A stretch of 64,000 bases of DNA, taken from assembly GCA_044375895.1 (NCBI GenBank), contig JBILLV010000004.1, positions 26,901-90,900 of the forward strand. Direction: 5' to 3'. The stretch comes from Polyangiales bacterium. Lineage in GTDB: Bacteria; Myxococcota_A; Polyangia; Polyangiales; Ga0077539. Positions 55,183 to 64,000 of this stretch are shown one piece after another. Within the stretch, counting starts at the first letter, position 1, and every line of letters starts with the position of its first letter. Under the pieces are notes generated by a model. It had not been told where the DNA came from. It did no database searches and was given only the letters and a program-made list of their open reading frames with translations. The position numbers were made by a program, and so were the translations under genes.

Positions 55183-57438
55183 TCAGCGGGCCGCCGTGCA
55201 CCCTTGACGCGCCGCGCGATCGACCGATGCGTGCGCCTCCGCGTTGGCCTCCGAGCGCTCCAGGAGGCTCTGCGCGCGCGGGGCGTCGAGGCGAGCGAGC
55301 GCCGCCAGGGCCGCGTGGCCGATCTCCTGCTCCCAGGGCGGGAGCGCCGGGTCCGTGAGCTCCGCCGCGATGTGCTCCAGGTCGTTGGCCACCGCCCGAT
55401 CGCAGCGCGCGCCGAGCGCCTCCACCGCGTCACGCCGCAGCCGCGGGTTGCGCCGCCCCTCTTGAACGAAGGCGACGAGCCGCGTCGACACCCCCGCCCC
55501 GGGGCTCTCCGCCAGCGCCGTGAGCGCCGCCCGCACCGTCACCGTCGAGCGCGCGTCGAGGGCCGCGAGGAGGGCAGACGTCGCGCGCGGCTCGTGGGCG
55601 AGCGCCACCGCCGCCGCCGCTGCCACCGAGGGCCACCGGTCGTTCGCGAGCGTCTGTTGGAGCGCCTCGGTCGCCGCCGCGCGCCCCACGAGCGCCGTCG
55701 CCGCCGCGGCCCGTACGCGGGGGGTCCGGTCGGCGAGCGCGGCCACGAGGGCGGCCGTGGCATCTTCGCGTCGGGCGAGGACGCGGGCCGCCTCGGCGCG
55801 GAGGTCGTGGTCTTCGTCGGACGTGAGAACGCGGGTCGCGAGCTGCGCCCCGTCGGCGTCGCCGATGAGCGCGGGGAGGAGCCGGTAGCGCGTTTCGAAG
55901 CCCGCCGCGGACTCGGACGAAGGGGCCACCGCCCACAGCGCGCGGGCGAGCGCAGCGACTCGGGCCGCCGCCGCGGGGTCGTCGACCGTCACCTCGGCGG
56001 CGAGTCGCAGGGCGCGCGAACGCTCTCGCGCGCCCTCCGGGAGTGAAGCGAGCCAGGCGTCGAGCTCCCCCGCCCGGAGCGCCTCCCGCAACACGTCGCG
56101 GAGCGCGTCGCGACCCGCCGTCCACGAAGCGCCCTCGGCTGCGAGTACGGGGCCGAGCGCGCGCAGACGTCCGGTCGTCGGCGCCGCCAGCGCGGCGAGC
56201 AGCGCCGACGCGCGAGGGACCTCGGTCACCTGCGCGGAGAGGGCGTCGAGCGCATCGGGGCCGCGTCGACGAAGCGCGTCGGCCGCCGCGTCGGCGACGT
56301 CGTCGCGAACGAGCGAGCGGGCGAGGGCGGCCGACACCGCAGGACCCGGCGACGCGGCGAGCAGGCGGAGCGCTCGACGCGCCCCCGACACCGTCATCCC
56401 CGGCAGCGCGTCCACCAGGGCCTGAACGCCTGGCGAACCGAGGTCGACGAGGAGCCGCGCCGCGTCGTCCCCCGACTCCGTGCCCGCCGCCTCCGCGAGC
56501 GTACGGAGCGCCGCCGCGCCATCATCGAGCTGCGTGCGAAGGGCGACCGTGGTGAGCGCGATGCCGCTGCCCACGAGCGACAGGCAACGCGCGGCGATGG
56601 GCTCGGGGAAGGTCACCCGCCAGGCGCCTCCCGCGGGCGGCACGGACGGTAGTTCGACCTCGAACCTTCTCGGCCCGGGCTCGACCAGGAGCGTCACGCG
56701 ACCGCCGCGACGCCCCGCCACTGGGACCAGATCGACCCCTCGCAGTTGCAGCGCCGCGGAAGCAAAGGGCACCGTCACGTAGCCCGACGTCACCGTCCAC
56801 GCGGTCGCCGGGTCGCGGTCGAAGAGGGCGCGCGCCTCCCCCTGAGACGCGACGGCGAGCCGCGGCGTGTAGGCCGCCATGGTCGTCGTGACCGCTTCGG
56901 CTCGGAGCGTCTCGACACGCGCGGACACCTCCGCGGTCGGGTCGAGCGCGGCGGCGACGAGGGCCGTCGCCGCCGGGTTGAGGCGCCGGGCGTCGCCGAG
57001 CACCGGGTCGCTCCCGCAGAGGCGCGGGGACTCGCGGCGTCGGCCCACCACCACCGCGCCGTCGCGCGTGGTGAGGTCGTGGCGCGCGCGGTCGCCGAGG
57101 TCTTCACCCTCCCAGCGGAGCGAACCCCGCCACAGCAGCGACGGGGGGCGACCGGGGCCGCACACCACCAGCGCGCCCTCCATCGGTCCGGCGTCGGTTC
57201 GGGTCCGAACGATCACCGCGACCCCGCCCGAGAGCTCGACGCGGGTGAGCTCCGCGGTGGCGCCCGCGAGGGGCACGGGGGCGCCGAGGCCACGCAGCGA
57301 GAGGGCGCCGTCACCCGCAGCGTCGACCCGAATCGAGCGCCCGCAGGCGTCCACCGGGGGCGTCTGCGCGGCGGCGCTCGGGGCCGCGAGGGCGACCAGC
57401 GCGAGCGATCGTACGGAGGCGAACCATCGCGGACGCAC
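55183..57438 (-). CDS. Exported HEAT-repeat protein
   Basis: Signal peptide ..ALAAPSAAAQ; beta-rich N-half incl. ALFDRDPATAW; repeats LVAALADRTPRVRAAAATAL, LANDRWPSVAAAAAVAL. Confidence 0.72.
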   Translation of the reverse strand: MRPRWFASVRSLALVALAAPSAAAQTPPVDACGRSIRVDAAGDGALSLRGLGAPVPLAGATAELTRVELSGGVAVIVRTRTDAGPMEGALVVCGPGRPPSLLWRGSLRWEGEDLGDRARHDLTTRDGAVVVGRRRESPRLCGSDPVLGDARRLNPAATALVAAALDPTAEVSARVETLRAEAVTTTMAAYTPRLAVASQGEARALFDRDPATAWTVTSGYVTVPFASAALQLRGVDLVPVAGRRGGRVTLLVEPGPRRFEVELPSVPPAGGAWRVTFPEPIAARCLSLVGSGIALTTVALRTQLDDGAAALRTLAEAAGTESGDDAARLLVDLGSPGVQALVDALPGMTVSGARRALRLLAASPGPAVSAALARSLVRDDVADAAADALRRRGPDALDALSAQVTEVPRASALLAALAAPTTGRLRALGPVLAAEGASWTAGRDALRDVLREALRAGELDAWLASLPEGARERSRALRLAAEVTVDDPAAAARVAALARALWAVAPSSESAAGFETRYRLLPALIGDADGAQLATRVLTSDEDHDLRAEAARVLARREDATAALVAALADRTPRVRAAAATALVGRAAATEALQQTLANDRWPSVAAAAAVALAHEPRATSALLAALDARSTVTVRAALTALAESPGAGVSTRLVAFVQEGRRNPRLRRDAVEALGARCDRAVANDLEHIAAELTDPALPPWEQEIGHAALAALARLDAPRAQSLLERSEANAEAHASVDRAARQGCTAAR

Positions 57439-57729
57439 TCAGGGCTCCTTCGAAGGGGGCGGCGGCGCGTGCACCTGCTCTCGTTGGAGCGCGTGGGCCT
57501 CCAGGTGACTGACGTGCGCCGCGCCGTGTGGATCGCTCATGACCTCGCAGGTGCCTCCGTTCGGCGCGACTGTAACGCTGGCTCCGGCGCGCATCCAACG
57601 GTCGGACATGAGATTCGCGCCGCCCTCAAGTCGCCCCGCGCGTTCGCCGTTCGAGGAGGTGTCCCCCGACGCCTGCGGTGCCTTCGCGCCGTCATTGCCA
57701 ACCCCAACCCGTTGTCCACGGAGCCTTCC

Positions 57730-59844
57730 ATGAGACCCCGCCTCTCCCCACGCGTCGCCGTCTTCTTCGCGCTCCTCGCGCAAGGGGCCATCGCCCGCGC
57801 GCAGAGCGCCCCGCCGACCGGATGGGCCCTCAACCGATTCGAACCCGCCCCCGCCGGCGAGCGCTTCTTCGCCGCGCAGCACCCCACCTACGGAGGCGGC
57901 GCGGTCGTTCCTCGCTTCGGCCTCACCTTCGACTACGCGCACAACCCCTTGATCGTGCGCGACCGCACCCAGGGGACCTCCGCGTCCGTCCTCCGCGCGA
58001 TGCTGGTCGGTCACCTCCAGGCGGGCCTCGTCTTCGACGACCGCTTCAACGTCCACCTCTCGCTCCCCATCTCGCTCCTGCAGGACGGCCCCGCCCCCAA
58101 CCTCACCGGCGTCAGCGCGGCGGCGGCTCCTGCGCCCGGTGACGTCCGCTTCGGCGCGCGCGTCCGGGTGTTCGGGCAGGCCGAGACGCGCCCCTTCTCG
58201 GTGCACGTCGGCGGCGAGGTCTTCCTCCCGGCGACGCTGTTCGGGACGGCCCTGACAGACAACGTCAGCGACGGCAACATCCGCGGCCGCGCCTACGTCG
58301 TCCTCGCCGGGCGCGTCGGGGCGGTCCGCTGGTCGGCGACCGGCGGCTACCACGGGCGCCCCGAGACCGCGACCTTCGGCGGTCGCTCCGTGGCGAGCGA
58401 GGCGTTTGCGACCGCCGGCCTCGCGTGGGTCTCCGCGGGGGGCAAGCTCTCGCTCGGCCCGGAGGCGTACCTCAGCGCGCCCGTCGGCGGCGCCGCTTCG
58501 GGGGTCAGCTCCGAGCTCATCGTGGGCGCTCACTACCACTTCACCGATGCCCTCTCCGTCGGCGTCGGCGCGGGTCCCGGGCTCACCGCGGGCCTCGGCA
58601 CCCCCACCTTCCGCGGGCTCGCAAGCGTCACCTGGGCCCCACAACCGACGGCTCCCGCGGTGCCGGCCGACACCGACCGCGACGGCGTTCCCGATGCGAC
58701 CGATGTGTGCGTCAACACGCCGCGCGGCGATCGACCCGACCCCGCCCGCACCGGCTGCCCCGTCCGTGACCGTGACCGCGATGGCGTCTTCGACCTCGAC
58801 GACCTCTGCGCGGATGACCCGTCAGGCGAACGGCCCGACCCCGAACGTGCCGGGTGCCCGCAATCCGACGCCGACCACGACCACGTGCCCGACGCGCAAG
58901 ACCAGTGCGTCGACGTGGCCGCAGGCGCCTCGCCCGACCCCGCCCGCGCGGGATGCCCCGAGGACGACCGCGACCACGACGGCGTGCGCGACAGCGACGA
59001 TGCGTGCGCGGAGGAGGCCGCGGGCGATCACCCCGACCCCGCCCGCATCGGCTGCCCAACCCTCGACCGCGACGGAGACAGCGTCGCCGACGTCGCCGAT
59101 CACTGCCCCGACGAGGCCGGAACGCCGTCGCCCGAGGCCGAGCGCAACGGGTGCCCGGGCATGGTGCAGGTGCAGAGCGGGCAGCTCGTCCTCGTCGATC
59201 CGGTGTACTTCGCGACGGGGCGTGACGTGATCCTCGAGCGCAGCTTCCCCGTGCTCGACGCGGTGGCCGGGGCGTTGCGCGCGTCGCCCAACATCCGCCG
59301 CGTGTCGGTGGAGGGCCACACCGACGACGTGCACACCGACGAGGCCAACGTCACCCTCTCCGAGCGCCGCGCGAACAACGTCGTCGCCTTCCTCGTGGCC
59401 CACGGCGTCGACGCGAGCCGACTCGAAGCGCACGGCTTCGGCGAGTCGCGCCCCGTCCGCCCCCTCGACGGCCTCGACCCGCAACAGACCGAGGCGGCCC
59501 GCGCGGTGAACCGACGCGTCGAGTTTCGCATCGTCGACCCCGCGACCGAAGCAGCCCCCGAAGTCGCCCCCGTGACTGCACCCGAAATCGCTCCCGAAGC
59601 CGCCCCTGAACCTGCGCCCATCGCCGCGCCCGCGCCGTCGCCGCATCCCGAAACGCCCGCCCGGCCCCGGCACCATCGCCGTCACCGCGCCGCGCCGGCC
59701 CCGCAGGCGGCGCCGCCCGCGGCACCCATCGCCCACGCCCCGCCCGCGAGCGCGCCGGCGATGAGCGTCGCCCCCGTCAGCCGCGCCCCGGCGAGCGCTC
59801 CGATGGCGCCCGGACCCCGGCGCGCCTACACGCTCCCGCTCTGA
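57730..59844 (+). CDS. OmpA-family outer-membrane protein with thrombospondin type-3 repeats
   Basis: Signal peptide; beta-barrel-like N-half; DTDRDGVPD..D.C repeats; VYFATG..VEGHTDD..LSERRA..GFGESRP..NRRVEF. Confidence 0.93.
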   Translation: MRPRLSPRVAVFFALLAQGAIARAQSAPPTGWALNRFEPAPAGERFFAAQHPTYGGGAVVPRFGLTFDYAHNPLIVRDRTQGTSASVLRAMLVGHLQAGLVFDDRFNVHLSLPISLLQDGPAPNLTGVSAAAAPAPGDVRFGARVRVFGQAETRPFSVHVGGEVFLPATLFGTALTDNVSDGNIRGRAYVVLAGRVGAVRWSATGGYHGRPETATFGGRSVASEAFATAGLAWVSAGGKLSLGPEAYLSAPVGGAASGVSSELIVGAHYHFTDALSVGVGAGPGLTAGLGTPTFRGLASVTWAPQPTAPAVPADTDRDGVPDATDVCVNTPRGDRPDPARTGCPVRDRDRDGVFDLDDLCADDPSGERPDPERAGCPQSDADHDHVPDAQDQCVDVAAGASPDPARAGCPEDDRDHDGVRDSDDACAEEAAGDHPDPARIGCPTLDRDGDSVADVADHCPDEAGTPSPEAERNGCPGMVQVQSGQLVLVDPVYFATGRDVILERSFPVLDAVAGALRASPNIRRVSVEGHTDDVHTDEANVTLSERRANNVVAFLVAHGVDASRLEAHGFGESRPVRPLDGLDPQQTEAARAVNRRVEFRIVDPATEAAPEVAPVTAPEIAPEAAPEPAPIAAPAPSPHPETPARPRHHRRHRAAPAPQAAPPAAPIAHAPPASAPAMSVAPVSRAPASAPMAPGPRRAYTLPL

Positions 59845-59895
59845 CCGCGCGGTCCCGTTGCGCACCCGGCGGGGTGTTCGTTACCCTCCCGCGCC

Positions 59896-61716
59896 GTGAC
59901 CACCGAGCTGCACTACAAGGCCAACCTCCGCGACCTCCAGTTCAACCTGTTCGAGTTCCTCGACGTGGCGCGCACCACGCTGGGGAAGGGGCCTTTCGAA
60001 TCGATGGACGAGGCCACCGCGCGCCAGTCCCTCGGCGCCATGGAGCGCCTCGCCTCCGGCCCCATCGCCGCCAGCTTCGCCGCGTGTGACCGGGTCACGC
60101 CGTACATCGCCGACGACGGCACGGTGGTGCTCCCCGAGGCCCTCAAGACCTCCATGGCCTCCTTCTTCGACGCCGACTGGCACCGCTTCGAACTCCCGCC
60201 CCACATGGGCGGCTTCGGCGCGCCGCCCACGCTCGTCTGGGCCGGCTTCGAACTCTTCGCCGGCGCCAACCCCGCCCTCACCTACTACCTCTTCGCGGGC
60301 GCCATGGCGCGCACCCTCGACCGCCTCGCCACCCCCGCCCAGAAGGCCCGCTACTTCCCCCAGATGATCGACAAGCGCTGGGGCACGGCCATGGTGCTCA
60401 CCGAGCCCGACGCGGGCAGCGACGTCGGCGCGGCGCGCGCGCGGGCGGTGCACGTCGCGGGCGACGAGTGGCGCATCGAGGGCGTCAAGCGCTTCATCAC
60501 CAACGCCGACTACGACACCACCGACAACATCGTCCACATCGTCCTGGCCCGCCCCGAAGGCGCCTCCATCGGCACCAAGGGTCTGTCGATGTTCATCGTG
60601 CCGAAGTACTGGGTGGAGGAAGACGGCACCGTCGGCGCGCGCAACGGCTGGCAGGTGACCCGCCTGGAGAAGAAGATGGGCATCCGCTCGTCGGTCACCT
60701 GCGAGGTGCACTACGGCGAGGAGACCCCCTGCCGCGCGCTGCTCGTGGGCGACAAGCACGACGGCATCCGGCAGATGTTTCTCATCATCGAGCAGGCCCG
60801 TATGGCCGTCGGGATGAAGAGCATGGCGACGCTCTCCACCGCCTACCTCAACGCCCTCGCCTACACGAAGGAGCGCACGCAGGGCCCCGACCTCGCGCGC
60901 GTCATGGACAAGACCGCGCCCCGCGTGAAGATCCTCGCCCACCCCGACGTGCGGCGCATGCTCGTCAGCCAGAAGGCCCACGCCGAGGCCATGCGCGCCC
61001 TCTGCCTCTTCACCGCGCACATCCAAGACCAGGTGGAGATCCTCGGCGGCCACGGCGACCACGCGGCCCACGAGCTCGACGGGCTCAACGACTTCCTCCT
61101 CCCGCTGGTGAAGGGCTGGTGCACCGACAAGGCCTTCGAACAGCTCGCCCTCTCGCTCCAGTGCCTCGGCGGTTCGGGCTACTGCGAGGACTACCCCATG
61201 GAGCAGTACATCCGCGATCAGAAGATCGACACGCTCTACGAGGGGACCACCCACATCCAGGCGCTCGACCTCTTCCTCCGCAAGGTGGCCCGCGACGGCG
61301 GCAAGACCCTTCAGGGCCTGCAAGATCGTGTGCGCGCCTCCCTCGACGGCGAGCTCCGCCACCCCGCCTTCACCGAAGACCGCGCCCTCCTCGCGACCGC
61401 CCTCGGCGACCTCGAAGGCATCTTCGGCGCGATGATGATGAAGGCCACCGAGTCGATCTACCACGTGGGCCTCCAGGGCAACCGCGTGCTCTTCTCGCTG
61501 GCCGAGGTGGTGGCGGGCTGGCTGCTGCTCCGCCACGCCGTCGTCGCGTACGACAAGCGCGAGGGGGCGAGCGAGGCCGACCGGCACTTCTACGAGGGCA
61601 AGGTGGCGTCGGCCCGCTGGTGGGCGCGCAACGTGCTGCCGGGCGTCGGGCACACGCGCTCGCTCATCGAGCGCTCGGCCCTCGACCTGATGGAGCTCGC
61701 GGACGAAGCCTTCTGA
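59896..61716 (+). CDS. Acyl-CoA dehydrogenase
   Basis: MVLTEPDAGSDVG, GVKRFIT, GTKGLSMFIVPK, EKKMGI, QCLGGSGY, LYEGTTHIQALD. Confidence 0.95.
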   Translation: MTTELHYKANLRDLQFNLFEFLDVARTTLGKGPFESMDEATARQSLGAMERLASGPIAASFAACDRVTPYIADDGTVVLPEALKTSMASFFDADWHRFELPPHMGGFGAPPTLVWAGFELFAGANPALTYYLFAGAMARTLDRLATPAQKARYFPQMIDKRWGTAMVLTEPDAGSDVGAARARAVHVAGDEWRIEGVKRFITNADYDTTDNIVHIVLARPEGASIGTKGLSMFIVPKYWVEEDGTVGARNGWQVTRLEKKMGIRSSVTCEVHYGEETPCRALLVGDKHDGIRQMFLIIEQARMAVGMKSMATLSTAYLNALAYTKERTQGPDLARVMDKTAPRVKILAHPDVRRMLVSQKAHAEAMRALCLFTAHIQDQVEILGGHGDHAAHELDGLNDFLLPLVKGWCTDKAFEQLALSLQCLGGSGYCEDYPMEQYIRDQKIDTLYEGTTHIQALDLFLRKVARDGGKTLQGLQDRVRASLDGELRHPAFTEDRALLATALGDLEGIFGAMMMKATESIYHVGLQGNRVLFSLAEVVAGWLLLRHAVVAYDKREGASEADRHFYEGKVASARWWARNVLPGVGHTRSLIERSALDLMELADEAF

Positions 61717-61719
61717 CGC

Positions 61720-62328
61720 TCAGGCGTCGCGGTTGTCGGGGAGGAGCGCGGTGCGGCGCCCGGTGCGGTTGTAGCGCCAGGTGTACCCCGCCGCCGCCAC
61801 CGCGCTCGACAGGTGCACGATCGGCACGAGGTACGCGACCAGCATCGTCCCCACCACGGGGATGAAGTTGAGCCCCACCAGACCGGCGATGTAGGCCACC
61901 GACGCGGCGATCGCGACGGGGTACGGCGCCGCGTAGAAGAAGCCCAGCGGACCAGCCACCAGCCCGAGGCCCGCGCCGACGCGGAGGTCTTTCTGCGGGC
62001 GCTTCGTCGCGCCGTGGACGCGCACGGGCTCGTCGTCGTCGAGGCCGAGCCGCTCCTTCACCGCGGCCTTCGCGGCGTTTTCAAAGACCTCGTCCTTCAG
62101 CTTGTTCACCTTGCGGAGGAGGTCGTCGGCGGGAGACTCGCCCTTCGCCTCACCCTTCGCCTTCGCGGCGGTAGGGGGGCGGCGCTCGGCCTCCGCCATG
62201 TCCTCCAGCCAGTCCTCGATCAGGTGCCGCGGGAGCTCGGTCCGCAGCATGAGGTTGGGCATGGAGAGGGACACGCCCTCGGTCTTCATCGCCCGGACGG
62301 TGCGCTCGAACTCCTCGCGGGTCATCAT
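61720..62328 (-). CDS. Hypothetical membrane protein
   Basis: Charged N-half, then hydrophobic helices (GLVAGPLGFFY..). Confidence 0.7.
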   Translation of the reverse strand: MMTREEFERTVRAMKTEGVSLSMPNLMLRTELPRHLIEDWLEDMAEAERRPPTAAKAKGEAKGESPADDLLRKVNKLKDEVFENAAKAAVKERLGLDDDEPVRVHGATKRPQKDLRVGAGLGLVAGPLGFFYAAPYPVAIAASVAYIAGLVGLNFIPVVGTMLVAYLVPIVHLSSAVAAAGYTWRYNRTGRRTALLPDNRDA

Positions 62329-62380
62329 GGCGCCGCACCGTACCACCGACCGGGGGCCGCTGCACCGGGCGAGCGTTGGC

Positions 62381-63700
62381 TCACAAGGTCAGAGTGAGCT
62401 CGGACACCAGCAGCGACGGGAGCCGCACGCTGTCCACCGCGCGCTCGCGCCACGTCTGGGTGCTCGGGATGAAGTCCCGCTCGCGCGACAGGCCCTCCAG
62501 CTTGTCGCCGAGGAGGCGCAGGAGGGTGTCGTCGAAGCGCATCACGTCGATCGGCGCCACCACCTCGCCCCCCTCCACCCAGAAGGTGCCGAAGCGGGTC
62601 ATCCCCGTCACCCGACACGCCGGGCGGTCGGAGAAGTTGAGGTACCAGAGGTTGCCCACGTAGAGGCCCCGGTCGAGCGCGCGGAGGGCGTCGTCGGCCG
62701 CGAGCTCGCCGCCCGCCATGTCGAGCGCGTCGGGGGACTCACCCCCGCTCGCCCCGTTGTGCGGCACGCCAAACTCCTTCGCCGTCCGCGGTGACACCAG
62801 GGCGTCGGCGAGGCGTCCGTCGGTGATGAGCGACACCCGGCCCGGACGTTCGAAGCCGTCGGACTGGAAGCGCGGCGCGATGCCCTCGGCGAGGTTCTCG
62901 CTGAGCGAGACGCGCGGGTCGAGGGTGACGCCGCCGGTCTGCATGCGCAGGAGGCAGCTCTGCTTCGTCTCCCGCGCGCGCCCGCTGAAGCCGCCCCAGC
63001 ACAGCATCGAGGTGAGCTCGTTGACGGCCGCGGGGGTGAGCCACGCGCGGTACTTCCCAGGGGTGAGCTTCATCGACGGGCGGGAGAGCGCCGACTGCTG
63101 CGCCCGCGCCCGCGCCATGCGCCGCGCGAGCTCGTCGCCCGACCAGTCGAAGCCCGCGTAGGAGGTCTTGATGGCCTTGTCGGCCCGCTCGTAGAGGCTC
63201 CAGTCGAGGGAGAAGCTCTCGATCTGGTGCCAGTGCGACTGGCCGAGCGACGACGCGAACCCGCGGTACACCTCGCCCGCCACGTAGAAGCCCACGAGGT
63301 CGGCGTCGCCCGCGGCGTCGAGCGTCGCCGCGATGGCCTCCTCGGACTTCGGGAGCGTGGCGCGACGCACCGTCCGCGAGGTCGCGGGGGCCGTCTCGTA
63401 GGTGAGGTGCGGGTCTTCGGGGGCCGCGCGCACCACCTCGCGCAGCGCGTCGAGCTCCGCGGCGATGAGCGCGCCGTCGTCGGGGCCGCCGGTGAGCGTG
63501 AGCGAGCTCTCCGCGTGGCGCCTCCCGTCGATGAGATGGAGCCGCGCGTAGGCCTGCTCCACCGTGCCCGCTTGACGAACCTTCGCGCGGTTGAGCCGCA
63601 CGAAATCCGATCGTTCGCCCGAGAACCAGAGCGACGCGACCTCACCCGAGCGGGCGCCCGCGGTCACCGCCGCGGCGGCGGATTGGAAGAGTGACTCCAT
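62381..63700 (-). CDS. TldE/PmbA-family protein
   Basis: SDFVRLN, LTPGKYRAWLTP, GLYVGNLWYLN, TGMTRFGTFWVEGG, MRFDD; follows tldD. Confidence 0.88.
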   Translation of the reverse strand: MESLFQSAAAAVTAGARSGEVASLWFSGERSDFVRLNRAKVRQAGTVEQAYARLHLIDGRRHAESSLTLTGGPDDGALIAAELDALREVVRAAPEDPHLTYETAPATSRTVRRATLPKSEEAIAATLDAAGDADLVGFYVAGEVYRGFASSLGQSHWHQIESFSLDWSLYERADKAIKTSYAGFDWSGDELARRMARARAQQSALSRPSMKLTPGKYRAWLTPAAVNELTSMLCWGGFSGRARETKQSCLLRMQTGGVTLDPRVSLSENLAEGIAPRFQSDGFERPGRVSLITDGRLADALVSPRTAKEFGVPHNGASGGESPDALDMAGGELAADDALRALDRGLYVGNLWYLNFSDRPACRVTGMTRFGTFWVEGGEVVAPIDVMRFDDTLLRLLGDKLEGLSRERDFIPSTQTWRERAVDSVRLPSLLVSELTLTL

Positions 63701-63708
63701 GACGCGCG

Positions 63709-64000
63709 TTAGGCCTCCCCGCCGAAGACTTCTACGTTTGAAAACACGCAGGCCGGCGAGGCGTGGCCCACGCGGATGATCTGTCCAGGCTCGCCCTTGC
63801 CGCAGAAGGGCGTGCCGAGGCGCATCAGGGTCGAGCCGTCGCCCACCGCGCGGAGCGAGCGCCAGAAGCTCGCCGAGACGCCGCGATAGTTCGGGTTGCG
63901 AACCACCGGCCCGAGCACCCCGTCGGTGATGAGCCGGGCGTACTCGCACCCGAACTGGAACTTGTTGCGCGAGTCGTCGATGGACCACGACGAGTTGGTC
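63709..64000 (-). CDS. tldD: TldD-family metalloprotease, C-terminal part (5' end outside the window)
   Basis: SWSIDDSRNKFQFGCE..NPNYRG..CGKGEPGQ..VGHASP. Confidence 0.9.
   Translation of the reverse strand, partial: TNSSWSIDDSRNKFQFGCEYARLITDGVLGPVVRNPNYRGVSASFWRSLRAVGDGSTLMRLGTPFCGKGEPGQIIRVGHASPACVFSNVEVFGGEA

Noticed and set aside
57439-57729. Riboswitch or sRNA in the 290-nt intergenic gap
   Set aside because: No recognisable conserved motif by eye; an Rfam/Infernal scan would be needed.
62381-64000. TldD/E as the maturation protease for the candidate peptide at 36453
   Set aside because: About 25 kb away, widespread genes, and the peptide has its own signal-peptidase-like site.

Overview
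Very GC-rich, densely coding bacterial chromosome segment. Several eukaryote-like Ser/Thr kinases, Cys-rich lipoproteins, two sigma-54 activators and a TSP3-OmpA protein suggest Myxococcota (inference). I call about 50 CDS and one tRNA-Leu(TAG); I saw no CRISPR array, rRNA, integrase or recognisable IS. Housekeeping genes include ssb, hisZ, holA, mlaF/mlaD, an HtrA protease, an acyl-CoA dehydrogenase and a tldD/tldE pair. The two best novelty candidates are (1) a ClpA/C-type AAA+ protein (41512-44904) whose C-terminus resembles release factor RF2 with the catalytic GGQ domain missing, and (2) a RiPP/metallophore-like unit (35406-38280): divergent LysR, a Tat-signal peptide with TDxDxG repeats, a JmjC oxygenase and a CopZ-like chaperone. 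Also notable: a cNMP-domain/PilB-GspE ATPase fusion flanked by two kinases, a pseudokinase-2TM-kinase protein, a PurA homologue with a remodelled substrate loop, a kinase-receiver-TerB fusion coupled to an Hpt gene, a lipoprotein of about 13 knottin-spaced Cys repeats, an orphan vgrG and a 1-nt frameshift in a secreted Pro/Gln/Tyr-rich protein. All calls are from motif recognition by eye; no database searches were run, and start codons were chosen by eye.
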